NCBI GenBank assembly: GCA_045659245.1
Contig: JAZOWN010000015.1
Coordinates: forward strand, 4,618 to 68,617
Reading direction: 5' to 3'
Length of the DNA: 64,000 nt
From: Eubacteriales bacterium
GTDB lineage: Bacteria; Bacillota; Clostridia; Oscillospirales; CAG-272
A model generated the notes under the pieces. The model saw only the letters and a program-made list of their open reading frames with translations. It did no database searches and was not told where the DNA came from. Position 1 is the first letter of the stretch. Each line of letters starts with the position of its first letter. Made by a program: the position numbers and the translations under genes. Positions 48,785-56,929 of this stretch are shown here, piece by piece.

Positions 48785-48970
48785 ATGAAAGCAACAGGAA
48801 TAGTCAGGCGCATCGACGACCTCGGCAGAGTGGTAATACCCAAGGAAATAAGAAGAACAATGCGTATCCGCGAGGGCGACCCGACACTGACAACGTTGGC
48901 AAACGTCGATAGATTCTGCCTCGCAATGCTTGAAATGTCAAAAAGAGTGGGTGCAAACTGTACAAAGTGA
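48785..48970 (+). pseudogene. Truncated spoVT/abrB-family gene (61 codons; only the first 33 aa are family-like)
   Basis: MKATGIVRRIDDLGRVVIPKEIRRTMRIREGDP matches the conserved SpoVT N-terminus as I recall it. The following 28 aa are unrelated. The rest of the swapped-hairpin fold and the GAF-like domain are absent. Confidence 0.6.
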
Positions 48971-49104
48971 CGAAAAACTATGAACAAATCTTGTCGGACT
49001 GTGCGTATCTATGAGGGGTAAAATCGAAAATTTTGGAAAAACTCGCTACAGAGATGCACATCTAATCTTGTCTTAAAACTCAAATTTAATCTAGATTGAA
49101 CGCC

Positions 49105-49170
49105 AAAAAGCGTGTATCAGAGCTTAACACTTTATGTGTTTAGTTCTTGATGCACGCTTTTTCTTTTTTA
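49105..49170. terminator. Long bidirectional terminator hairpin
   Basis: 11-bp stem (49110-49120 / 49147-49157, two G-U pairs) plus an inner aacac/gtgtt stem, flanked by A5 and a T-rich run. Confidence 0.7.
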
Positions 49171-49487
49171 TGATGTTATGTAAATTGTGTTGCTTTTAAA
49201 ATTTCAAAAAAGTAAAGTTTATAATTTTTTGTGATAACAACATAATTGAAAATTGCAAAATCGAAATTTACCAAATCGTACTTGACTAAAATCAAAAACT
49301 CGTATTCATTTTAATTAGCATTAGAATGAATATATACAAGAAATGCATATCGGTATTATTTTTATAAAAAAACAAAATAATTTATTTGAATAGGCAAGTA
49401 GTTTGCCAGTTGCTTTGTTAAAATAACGCCGTCGAGGGAAATAAAGATGAAAAATCGCTTGACAAAACGAAAATTTAATATCAGATC

Positions 49488-49735
49488 ATCGGGTACGTTA
49501 CCCGTTGTTATGCGGTGATGAGCCGCAAGCTGCTTTCGTGAGTGCGCCACGACCATAATTTTGCGAGCGATAGAACTTACACGGAGAAAGCCGAGCTGCA
49601 CTCGGTGGGGGCAATGACAAATGACGGGGAATAATGATACTTCTGTAGCCTTTATTGGGAGCAGCCTGCGGAGATAACGGGGGAGGTGCGAGCCCTATGG
49701 ATCCGAATAGCAATCGGACGCTTGATGATTTTTAC
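49488..49735 (+). ncRNA. Candidate structured leader or small RNA upstream of the island regulatory genes
   Basis: A GC-rich block within AT-rich DNA. It has no ORF with an RBS and several complementary segments, including ccgcaagctgc (49523-49533) with gcagcctgcgg (49661-49671). The class was not recognised. Confidence 0.3.
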
Positions 49736-49760
49736 AGCTTAATTATAAAGGAGTAGCAAA

Positions 49761-50129
49761 ATGGAACTTAAAAGATTTTGTGAATACATAAACGTTTTAA
49801 AGTCATATAAGCAGATACAGGAAAGATTGCCATCGTATCCGAAGATTATTGATGCCAAATATGATGAATTACTTGAATACGGCAAAAAAATATTTGCGGA
49901 TCATGATGACAATATTCAGCGTTGGCTTGACGGAAGAACGTGTATATGTGTAAATCCCAATACGCGTCGCATTATAGAATATAAAATTGGAAATGATTGC
50001 GAGGCATTATATTATTTTCTGATGCTCTGTAAAAAAATTAACCATCGAAAGAGTGTGAGTGATGAATATAAGGAATACCTTGCATTTTTAATTACAAGAA
50101 GTAATTGCCCGAATTGGGAGGAATGCTGA
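49761..50129 (+). CDS. Hypothetical protein (122 aa), first gene of the island regulatory pair
   Basis: AAAGGAG RBS. The stop is 1 nt before the next start. No recognisable motif. Confidence 0.4.
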   Translation: MELKRFCEYINVLKSYKQIQERLPSYPKIIDAKYDELLEYGKKIFADHDDNIQRWLDGRTCICVNPNTRRIIEYKIGNDCEALYYFLMLCKKINHRKSVSDEYKEYLAFLITRSNCPNWEEC

Positions 50130-50130
50130 A

Positions 50131-50739
50131 ATGCGTGTACAACAAAAAATCGAGACAGAGGTCAATCCGCAGGCTATACTATCAATGTTGGTAGAGCGAG
50201 GTATAGTTGGAGATAAGACTATCAAGGATGTAAAGCAACGTGGAGCTGAGCAACAGCAAAACAGGATAGCCTATCATAATACTAAACTCTTGCTCAAACA
50301 CTACCGTACAATAGCATGGATGCTTGAATGCTTTCCCGATGCGATAGCCAACGAGCTTGAACTTCCGTTTGAACACATAGACGATATTATAGATCATCTG
50401 GATATAGAATTGGCTTACGGTAATAAAAAATTAGAGGAAAAATTGGCAAGTGTTCAAAAAACAAGACAACTTGTAGATAGGGTAAATGATGCGCTTACCG
50501 TTCTTAAAAAGAAGCCGGGAGACGGGGAAAGACTTTACGAGCTTGTATATCTTTCATATATTGCTCCTGAAGAAATGACTCATAATGAGCTATTGTTTCG
50601 CTTAAATATATCCTCAAGACAGTATTACCGTATGCGCGAGCAGGCACTTAGTATACTTTCACTTCGCTTGTGGTCGGCACTTAGCAAGGAATCTGAACTG
50701 TGGTTTGAAATACTTACATTTTTAGATGAGCTTTCATAA
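50131..50739 (+). CDS. Sigma-70 region-4-like / ArpU-RinA-like transcriptional activator
   Basis: The C-terminal ERLYELVYLSYIAPEEMTHNELLFRLNISSRQYYRMREQALSILSLRLW has the pattern of a region-4 HTH, as in mobile-element late-gene activators. Confidence 0.5.
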   Translation: MRVQQKIETEVNPQAILSMLVERGIVGDKTIKDVKQRGAEQQQNRIAYHNTKLLLKHYRTIAWMLECFPDAIANELELPFEHIDDIIDHLDIELAYGNKKLEEKLASVQKTRQLVDRVNDALTVLKKKPGDGERLYELVYLSYIAPEEMTHNELLFRLNISSRQYYRMREQALSILSLRLWSALSKESELWFEILTFLDELS

Positions 50740-50805
50740 AAAGCTTCGTAATTTTTTGCCTATTATTTGCGTATAATTTGGCGTAAAAAAGCGTATAAGT
50801 AGCCG

Positions 50806-50834
50806 ATGACAAGTATATGAAAACATGCTATAAT
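50806..50834 (+). promoter_or_regulatory. Promoter of the pilus/transfer-like operon
   Basis: ATGACA, a 17-nt spacer, then TGcTATAAT (extended -10), ~90 nt upstream of the GTG at 50926. Confidence 0.55.
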
Positions 50835-50925
50835 ATTATCGTGCCAAGGTGGGATTGGTGCAAAGAGCCGTTGAGGGTTACTCCTTTATAACGGCTTTTT
50901 CATTTAAAAAAGAGAGGAGAAGAAA

Positions 50926-51288
50926 GTGAAGAAGCAAAGAACAAAGGAAAAGAAATTGAGAAACGCCTATTGGACGGTCGTTGCTGTTTTGTCTGCGCTT
51001 ATTATATCTGTTCAGCCTATTATGGCAGCCCAAGAAAATATATGGGATAGATTCAGTACCATAATGCAGGATTTTTACGGACAGATACTTGCTATAAGTA
51101 CAATAGTAGCAGTTACTATGGCGGCAGTAGCCCTTGTTATCAGAATGGTATCAAGAAATCAAAAGGCTGTCGATGAAGCAACTGCATGGCTAAAGCGTAT
51201 CGTCATAACGTGGATAATTCTCAATTCACTCGGTCTTATTGTCGCATATTTGCAACCGCTTATAACAGGCGGCAATTATACCGGATAA
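50926..51288 (+). CDS. Secreted two-TM hairpin protein with VirB2/TrbC-like topology
   Basis: GTG start after an AGAGGAGA RBS. A signal peptide ends at IMAA/QE, followed by two hydrophobic helices joined by a basic loop (RMVSRNQK...KR). Confidence 0.4.
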   Translation: MKKQRTKEKKLRNAYWTVVAVLSALIISVQPIMAAQENIWDRFSTIMQDFYGQILAISTIVAVTMAAVALVIRMVSRNQKAVDEATAWLKRIVITWIILNSLGLIVAYLQPLITGGNYTG

Positions 51289-51362
51289 CAGCGAATATTG
51301 AAGGGTGGTGGTGATATACATGAATCGTTGTAATTCAAAATTTAATACGTTATCATAAAAAG

Positions 51363-51396
51363 CGGCTCGATAATAAAAATCGAACCGTTTTTCTTT
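51363..51396 (+). terminator. Terminator-like hairpin (possible attenuator) between the VirB2-like gene and the pilin genes
   Basis: Stem cggctcgat/atcgaaccg (8 of 9 paired) followed by tttttctttt. Confidence 0.5.
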
Positions 51397-51481
51397 TCGG
51401 CAAGACCGAAACAACAAAGAGTGGCAGGACCACATAAAAATCAAAAACAAAACATTTTAAATTTAAAGGAGAAATAAAATT

Positions 51482-51715
51482 ATGAGAAAATTCATCAATA
51501 ACATCAAGACAAAGGCAACCAAGACCTACATTTCCGCAAAGACCGCGCTTGCAGCAAAAAAGGGTGAAGGCTATATCGACACCGCCCTCAAGATCATCAT
51601 TTCTGTCGTAATCGGCGGTGTAATCCTCGCGGCGCTCTACACGCTGTTCAATTCCACCGTTATGCCCACACTCAGCCAGAAGATCTCCGGATTCTTCAAC
51701 TACACGGGCAACTGA
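51482..51715 (+). CDS. Flp-size pilin, copy 1 (non-canonical class III signal)
   Basis: 77 aa: a 28-aa basic leader ending KKG, then EGYIDTALKIIISVVIGGVILAALYTLF, giving a ~49-aa mature protein. Strong AAAGGAG RBS. Confidence 0.6.
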   Translation: MRKFINNIKTKATKTYISAKTALAAKKGEGYIDTALKIIISVVIGGVILAALYTLFNSTVMPTLSQKISGFFNYTGN

Positions 51716-51736
51716 TAAAAGGGGAGGTACGAAAAC

Positions 51737-51970
51737 ATGAGAAAGTTCATTAACAGCGTAAAGAACAAGGCAACCAAGGCGTACATTGCAGGTAAGACTG
51801 CACTTGCGGCTAAGAAGGGCGAGGGATATATCGATACCGCACTGAAAATCATTATCGGCGTAGTTATCGGCGGCGTAATTCTCGCTGCTCTCTATACTCT
51901 CTTTGACTCCACCATCATGCCTACTCTTGAGACCAAGATCAACGGCTTCTTCTCGTATTCCGGTACGTAA
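51737..51970 (+). CDS. Flp-size pilin, copy 2 (tandem paralogue)
   Basis: 62 of 77 residues are identical to copy 1 by manual alignment. It has the same KKG-EGYIDTAL junction. Confidence 0.6.
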   Translation: MRKFINSVKNKATKAYIAGKTALAAKKGEGYIDTALKIIIGVVIGGVILAALYTLFDSTIMPTLETKINGFFSYSGT

Positions 51971-51986
51971 GAAAGTGTGAGCAGAT

Positions 51987-52514
51987 ATGAAGAATATCAT
52001 CACAAACAAACGCGGAGAGGCGTATATCAAGACAGCCCTCATAATCATCATTTCAATCGTAATCGGCGGACTGCTGCTTGGCGGACTGTATCTGCTTTTT
52101 GCAGGAGAGAACGGCGTTATGAAGCAGACGGACGATAAGGTTTACGATATGTTCAACACCGGTGGAGAGATGACTCTCAAGCACGAGGGAACACAGCTCA
52201 TGTATTCCTATGACGGAGATACGTGGAAGAGCGTCAAAGTAACAGGTATGGACGATACAGGTAGGATCACCAATTACTTCACACTTGGCGAGGGCGAGTC
52301 GCTCGTTCATATCGTTTCATACACGCATAGTGCAGGAACTCGTGTCTGTTGCAGTGTGGACGGAAAGGAATGGGTAACATGTGTGGGTGGTTCCTCAATC
52401 ACTTTGCGAACCAACGACTCTAAAACCACCGTTTACGCAAACTGCTCTGACGGAAGATCTTATTATACTACCGACGGCATTGATTGGGTAATGGTCTCAA
52501 CCAAATACTATTAA
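51987..52514 (+). CDS. Pilin-like protein with a C-terminal globular domain
   Basis: N-terminal NKRG-EAYIKTALIIIISIVIGGLLLGG. The C-terminal ~125 aa carry three DGxxW motifs (YDGDTW, VDGKEW, TDGIDW). Confidence 0.55.
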   Translation: MKNIITNKRGEAYIKTALIIIISIVIGGLLLGGLYLLFAGENGVMKQTDDKVYDMFNTGGEMTLKHEGTQLMYSYDGDTWKSVKVTGMDDTGRITNYFTLGEGESLVHIVSYTHSAGTRVCCSVDGKEWVTCVGGSSITLRTNDSKTTVYANCSDGRSYYTTDGIDWVMVSTKYY

Positions 52515-52524
52515 ACGAGGTACT

Positions 52525-53136
52525 ATGATGCCAATAACATACGGAAATATATTTCTCAGAGTTTTCGGTATGTTTTTGTTTGGCGGAGTAGCAATTCTTA
52601 TAGGTGCGATCCTTGATAGAGTAATGAAATCCAAGGGGTACGTAACAAGTACCCCCATTACCCTTATGATAACGGCAGCCGTATCGCTGATACTTTACGG
52701 TCGGTTCGGGTTGTCGGTAACAGCAATACAGGGCGTATTTCTTATGCTCGTATTGCTGTACGCATCCTGCTCCGACCTTACGGATCATACCGTGGACGAT
52801 TACGTGTGGGTGACAGTGTTAGCCTTAGCTCTTATAAATGTGCGAACGGTAGGACTTACTTCAATGCTCATAGGAGCATTTTTTGTGTTTATACCGCAGT
52901 TGCTTATGGCTCTGCTGCCACCTCATAAAACTCTCGGAGGAGCGGACATAAAGCTCTCAACAGCCCTTGCGTTCCTGCTTGGCTGGCAGAGAGGACTTGC
53001 GGCGTATATCATAGGTCTGTTCCTTGCCATCACAGTTATGTGTATCGTAAATAAGATACGTAAAAATAAAGAAAGCAAAGCCTTTGCCCTTGTACCGTTT
53101 CTGTCGATAGCGGCAATGGCAATGTTTATGATCTAA
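52525..53136 (+). CDS. A24-family prepilin peptidase (TadV/CpaA-like, no methyltransferase domain)
   Basis: Polytopic ORF with two Asp motifs: SCSDLTDH and GGADIKL (the GxGDxK type). Confidence 0.75.
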   Translation: MMPITYGNIFLRVFGMFLFGGVAILIGAILDRVMKSKGYVTSTPITLMITAAVSLILYGRFGLSVTAIQGVFLMLVLLYASCSDLTDHTVDDYVWVTVLALALINVRTVGLTSMLIGAFFVFIPQLLMALLPPHKTLGGADIKLSTALAFLLGWQRGLAAYIIGLFLAITVMCIVNKIRKNKESKAFALVPFLSIAAMAMFMI

Positions 53137-53151
53137 CAGAAAGGGAAGAAT

Positions 53152-53943
53152 ATGAATTTCAATTTTCACAAAAGAGATACCCCCGAAAATAACGAATGGG
53201 GAAAAACAGCCGCCAAAAAGAACAAGACGGGAAAGAGTATATTTGCCTCACGTTCCTTTATAGGAATAGTTTGTATCGTACTTGCCCTTATCGTCTGCTT
53301 TGGAGCTGCTCCCGTTATCAACCGTATTTCCGATGAAAAGACGGAGGTAGTCAGAATGAGGAATACGGTGCTTAAAGGTACACAGCTCACCGAGAACGAT
53401 ATTGAGGTAATTTCGGTAGGCTCATTCAATCTTTACGAGGACGTAATTACAGACAAGTCAGAGGTCATAGGTAAATACGTCACGGGAGATATGTATAAGG
53501 GAGAATATATCTTCAAGGAGCATATCACCTCGGACGTCAATACTGCAAACGACATTCTTGGCAGTCTTAACGGAGAGAAGAAAGCTATAAGTGTTACAAT
53601 AGGTTCTTTTGCACTTGGACTTTCAGGTAAGCTTGAAACGGGAGATATTATATCCGTCATAGTATTCGATTCCAAGGACGGTTATGCCCATACACCGCCT
53701 GAGCTTCGGTACGTAAGAGTTATTACATCAACGACCTCGCAGGGTATAGATAAGGCAGACAGAACGGATAATACGCAGCCTGTGACCGTTACCGTCCTTG
53801 TCAATAAGACTCAGGCTGAGCTTCTTGCCGAGTATGAAAAGACGTCGTCAATGCACTTTACTCTGGAATACCGTGGGGAAATAGAAACGGCGCAGCATTA
53901 CCTTGATATACAAGAGGAATATTTTAAGACACAGGAGGGATAA
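53152..53943 (+). CDS. CpaB/RcpC-like pilus assembly protein (TM plus SAF-like domain)
   Basis: N-terminal TM, then VVRMRNTVLKGTQLTENDIEVISVG (SAF-like), and a position matching Tad loci. Confidence 0.55.
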   Translation: MNFNFHKRDTPENNEWGKTAAKKNKTGKSIFASRSFIGIVCIVLALIVCFGAAPVINRISDEKTEVVRMRNTVLKGTQLTENDIEVISVGSFNLYEDVITDKSEVIGKYVTGDMYKGEYIFKEHITSDVNTANDILGSLNGEKKAISVTIGSFALGLSGKLETGDIISVIVFDSKDGYAHTPPELRYVRVITSTTSQGIDKADRTDNTQPVTVTVLVNKTQAELLAEYEKTSSMHFTLEYRGEIETAQHYLDIQEEYFKTQEG

Positions 53944-53945
53944 GT

Positions 53946-54707
53946 ATGTCAGATTACAAAGACAAAATAATCACCGTGTGGGGAAGTCCCCATTCGGGAA
54001 AGACTACGTTTTCCTTAAAGCTCGGACAGGCTCTGTATGAAAAAACAAGAGCCTCGGTAGTCGTTCTGTTCTGTGACGTAACAACTCCCACGATCCCCGT
54101 ACTGTTTCCCAATTTTAAAACAGCGGAGCTTTGTTCCGTTGGTACTGTACTTTCAAAACCGGATATTTATGCCAATGACGTGGTATCCAATCTTATTACC
54201 GTTAAGGAAAGAGGAAATCTCGGATTCCTCGGTTATAAGAATAAGGAGAACAGGTTCAGCTTTCCCGAATATGACGAGGGCAAGGTGCATGAGCTTTTCA
54301 CGGCTATCTCCGAAATAGCGGACTATATCATCGTCGATTGCGAGAGCGTTCCCACAAGCAGCGTGCTTACGGAGTTTTCTCTGAAGAACGCAGAAATAAT
54401 GATAAAGCTCTGTACTCCCGATCTGTCCTGTATCGGCTTTTATCAGTCACAGCACTCTCTTATGCTGACGGGCAAATACTATCCGGATAAGATACTTACC
54501 ATTATGAACGTACCCTCAGCAGACCTTACTATGCTCGCATCGGATGCGGCTATGCACGTGGGTAACGTGGATATTATCGTTCCATACAGCGAAAGTGTGA
54601 GAGATCAATATCTTGAGGGAAGGCTCTATGGGCGGTCTTATGACAGAAAATTTTCACAAGCCGTAGGCAAGGCAGTAGAGGCGGTGAGAAAAGATGGAGC
54701 TGTATGA
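53946..54707 (+). CDS. TadZ/CpaE-like P-loop NTPase
   Basis: Walker A-like WGSPHSGKTT and Walker B-like IIVDCE. It sits directly upstream of the CpaF-like ATPase. Confidence 0.5.
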   Translation: MSDYKDKIITVWGSPHSGKTTFSLKLGQALYEKTRASVVVLFCDVTTPTIPVLFPNFKTAELCSVGTVLSKPDIYANDVVSNLITVKERGNLGFLGYKNKENRFSFPEYDEGKVHELFTAISEIADYIIVDCESVPTSSVLTEFSLKNAEIMIKLCTPDLSCIGFYQSQHSLMLTGKYYPDKILTIMNVPSADLTMLASDAAMHVGNVDIIVPYSESVRDQYLEGRLYGRSYDRKFSQAVGKAVEAVRKDGAV

Positions 54708-55995
54708 CCTCTTAAATCAAACACAGAGGTATATTTCCGAGCATTATTCCGCAGCACTTATAGATAAGAGTAAAGGAACAGAGCTTAAAGCATATATCGG
54801 GAAGTACCTTTACGATACAAGATATACCGTCCCCGGATATGATAGAAATAGCCTTATAGAGAGGCTCTATTGCGAGATGGCGGAGTATTCCATACTGACA
54901 AAGTATTTGAAAAATCCTGACGTTGAGGAAATAAATATCAACGGCTGGGACGACGTGGCGATCACGCATCTCGATGGGCATATTGAAAAATTAAAGGAGT
55001 ATTTCTTCAATCCCGGTCACGCGGTTGACGTTGTAAAGAAGCTCTTACAGCATTCGGGTATGATAATCGACAACGCAACGCCCATGGCTCAAGGACATCT
55101 TCCTAACAATACCCGTATAACAGCTCTCAAGGAGCCAATAGTTGACTCGGACAGAGGTATAGCTGTATCAATAAGAATGCTTCACCCGGCAAGAGTGGAC
55201 AGAGCAATGCTTCTTCGCTCGGAGTCTATCTCCGAGGAGATGTTGTGCTTTCTTGAGACCTGTTTGAGATACGGTGTTTCCTTTGTGGTGGCAGGACGAA
55301 CAAGCTCGGGTAAGACCACATTGCTTAATTCCTTGCTTAGCTCAATACCTGACGGCAAGCGTATCTATACGATTGAAAGCGGAGCGAGAGAGTTATCCCT
55401 CATTAAAAGGGATGAATACGGAAGAGTAGTGAACAACGTAGTTCATACGCTCTCCCGTCATTCGGATAATCCTATACACGTTATTAGCCAAGAGGATTTG
55501 GTTATGGCGGCGCTTCGTTTCGATCCTGACGTTATATGCGTTGGTGAGATGCGAGATAAGGAAGCCCACTCGGCAGTAGAGGCAAGCAGTACCGACCACA
55601 CCGTTGTGACAACTGTTCACGGTGGCGGCGGTAAGTATGCACACCGCCGTATAGCGTTCCTGTCACAAAGACGCTTCCCCATAGATATGCGAATATCCTT
55701 GCAACAAGCGGCGCTTGCATTTCCTATAGTAGTGTTTGCACATAAGCTTGAGGATAACAGACGAAAGGTAATGGATATTACCGAGTGTATCGTACACGAC
55801 GACGGAGAGCTTGAGTACAGAACGCTATACAGATACGCCATACACAGCAACGAATACAAGGACGGAGTGTTTTCCATAAACGGTGAGTTTATAAAGGAGA
55901 ACGCCATATCCGACAACCTGCGTCAGAAGCTTATGCGTGGCGGAGTTCCCGAGAAGCTTTTGCGAAAATTTGAGAAAGGAGCTAAGACACAATGA
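54694..55995 (+). CDS. CpaF/TadA-type secretion ATPase (VirB11-related superfamily)
   Basis: Walker A AGRTSSGKTTLLN, Asp/Walker B VICVGEMRD, and His box TTVHGG. Confidence 0.85.
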   Translation: MELYDLLNQTQRYISEHYSAALIDKSKGTELKAYIGKYLYDTRYTVPGYDRNSLIERLYCEMAEYSILTKYLKNPDVEEININGWDDVAITHLDGHIEKLKEYFFNPGHAVDVVKKLLQHSGMIIDNATPMAQGHLPNNTRITALKEPIVDSDRGIAVSIRMLHPARVDRAMLLRSESISEEMLCFLETCLRYGVSFVVAGRTSSGKTTLLNSLLSSIPDGKRIYTIESGARELSLIKRDEYGRVVNNVVHTLSRHSDNPIHVISQEDLVMAALRFDPDVICVGEMRDKEAHSAVEASSTDHTVVTTVHGGGGKYAHRRIAFLSQRRFPIDMRISLQQAALAFPIVVFAHKLEDNRRKVMDITECIVHDDGELEYRTLYRYAIHSNEYKDGVFSINGEFIKENAISDNLRQKLMRGGVPEKLLRKFEKGAKTQ

Positions 55996-56918
55996 CCTTT
56001 ATTTATATTTTGTGTTTTATACTTATTGCGGTAGGTATCATATTCGCTTTGGGGCTTACACCCGAAGGATTGACACACGACATCTCGCCGCTTTTCAATA
56101 AAAAGCGGACTCTCAGAGAAAAGTCACTTACGGCAAGGGGTAAGAAAAAGACACGGAGAATGGTGCTTGAGATATACCGCATAAAGACGGCTCTTGAGGA
56201 GACGGGGAAGGATAAACAGTTTTCCGTCGCCTACGCCGCATCGGTTGTTTTGCTTATCGTAGGCTGTATGGTAGCCATAATCATAGACAATCTATTTCTC
56301 ATACCCGTATTCGCTCTGACCTTTGCTATGATACCGTTCGTGTATCTTAAAAGCACTATCAATCTATATGAAAAGCACGTAAAGGAGGACTTGGAAACGG
56401 CGCTGTCTATTATTACGACCTCTTACGTTCGTAACGACAATATCATAGTAGCGGTCAGTGAGAACATACGCTACCTAAAGCCGCCTATAAAGGGGATATT
56501 CGAGAGCTTCCTTGCGGAGACATCAACCATTACTCCCGACGTAAAGGCAGCTATACTTCATCTGAAAGAGAAGATAAATGACAGTATATTTGAGGAATGG
56601 TGTGACGTGCTGCTGTCCTGCCAGAATGACAGAACGCTGAAGGATACGCTTATGCCTGTTGTATCCAAGCTGACGGACGTAAGACTTGTAAATAACAGTC
56701 TTAAAACGATGCTGGATAACGCAAAAAAAGAGTATTACACGATGGTGGTAATGGTGCTTGCAAACATACCCATTCTGTATATCATCAATAAGGATTGGTA
56801 TGACGCGCTTATGCACACAACGCTTGGTAAGGCTGTCCTTGCTATCTGCGCTCTTGTTATCTTTATAACGTCTATGAGGCTTGGTAAGATAACCAAGCCT
56901 GTAGAGTATAAGAGATAG
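55992..56918 (+). CDS. TadB-like platform protein (GspF/T2SSF family)
   Basis: 308 aa with an N-terminal TM, a cytoplasmic helical domain and C-terminal TMs. It overlaps the ATPase gene by 4 nt. Confidence 0.6.
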   Translation: MTFIYILCFILIAVGIIFALGLTPEGLTHDISPLFNKKRTLREKSLTARGKKKTRRMVLEIYRIKTALEETGKDKQFSVAYAASVVLLIVGCMVAIIIDNLFLIPVFALTFAMIPFVYLKSTINLYEKHVKEDLETALSIITTSYVRNDNIIVAVSENIRYLKPPIKGIFESFLAETSTITPDVKAAILHLKEKINDSIFEEWCDVLLSCQNDRTLKDTLMPVVSKLTDVRLVNNSLKTMLDNAKKEYYTMVVMVLANIPILYIINKDWYDALMHTTLGKAVLAICALVIFITSMRLGKITKPVEYKR

Positions 56919-56929
56919 GGGGGAGCAAT

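Noticed and set aside
48885-49104. A search for the missing SpoVT beta-strands and GAF-like domain in other frames directly downstream of the truncation point. A simple frameshift would leave them there.
   Set aside because: Hand translation of all three forward frames shows stops within a few codons and nothing resembling LEIFVDRDGEVILKKY or later SpoVT segments. A simple frameshift is therefore unlikely.
49447-49735. Assignment of the structured element to c-di-GMP, c-di-AMP (ydaO) or another known riboswitch class. A c-di-GMP class would be attractive for a pilus locus.
   Set aside because: I could not find the conserved cores, such as ACGCAAAGC-type GEMM-I motifs or the ydaO terminal consensus. 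The element is reported only as an unclassified candidate.
51353-52051. A 232-aa minus-strand ORF covering both pilin genes.
   Set aside because: It overlaps three plus-strand genes that have strong RBSs and a coherent pilin architecture. Its internal near-duplication merely mirrors the tandem pilin paralogues.
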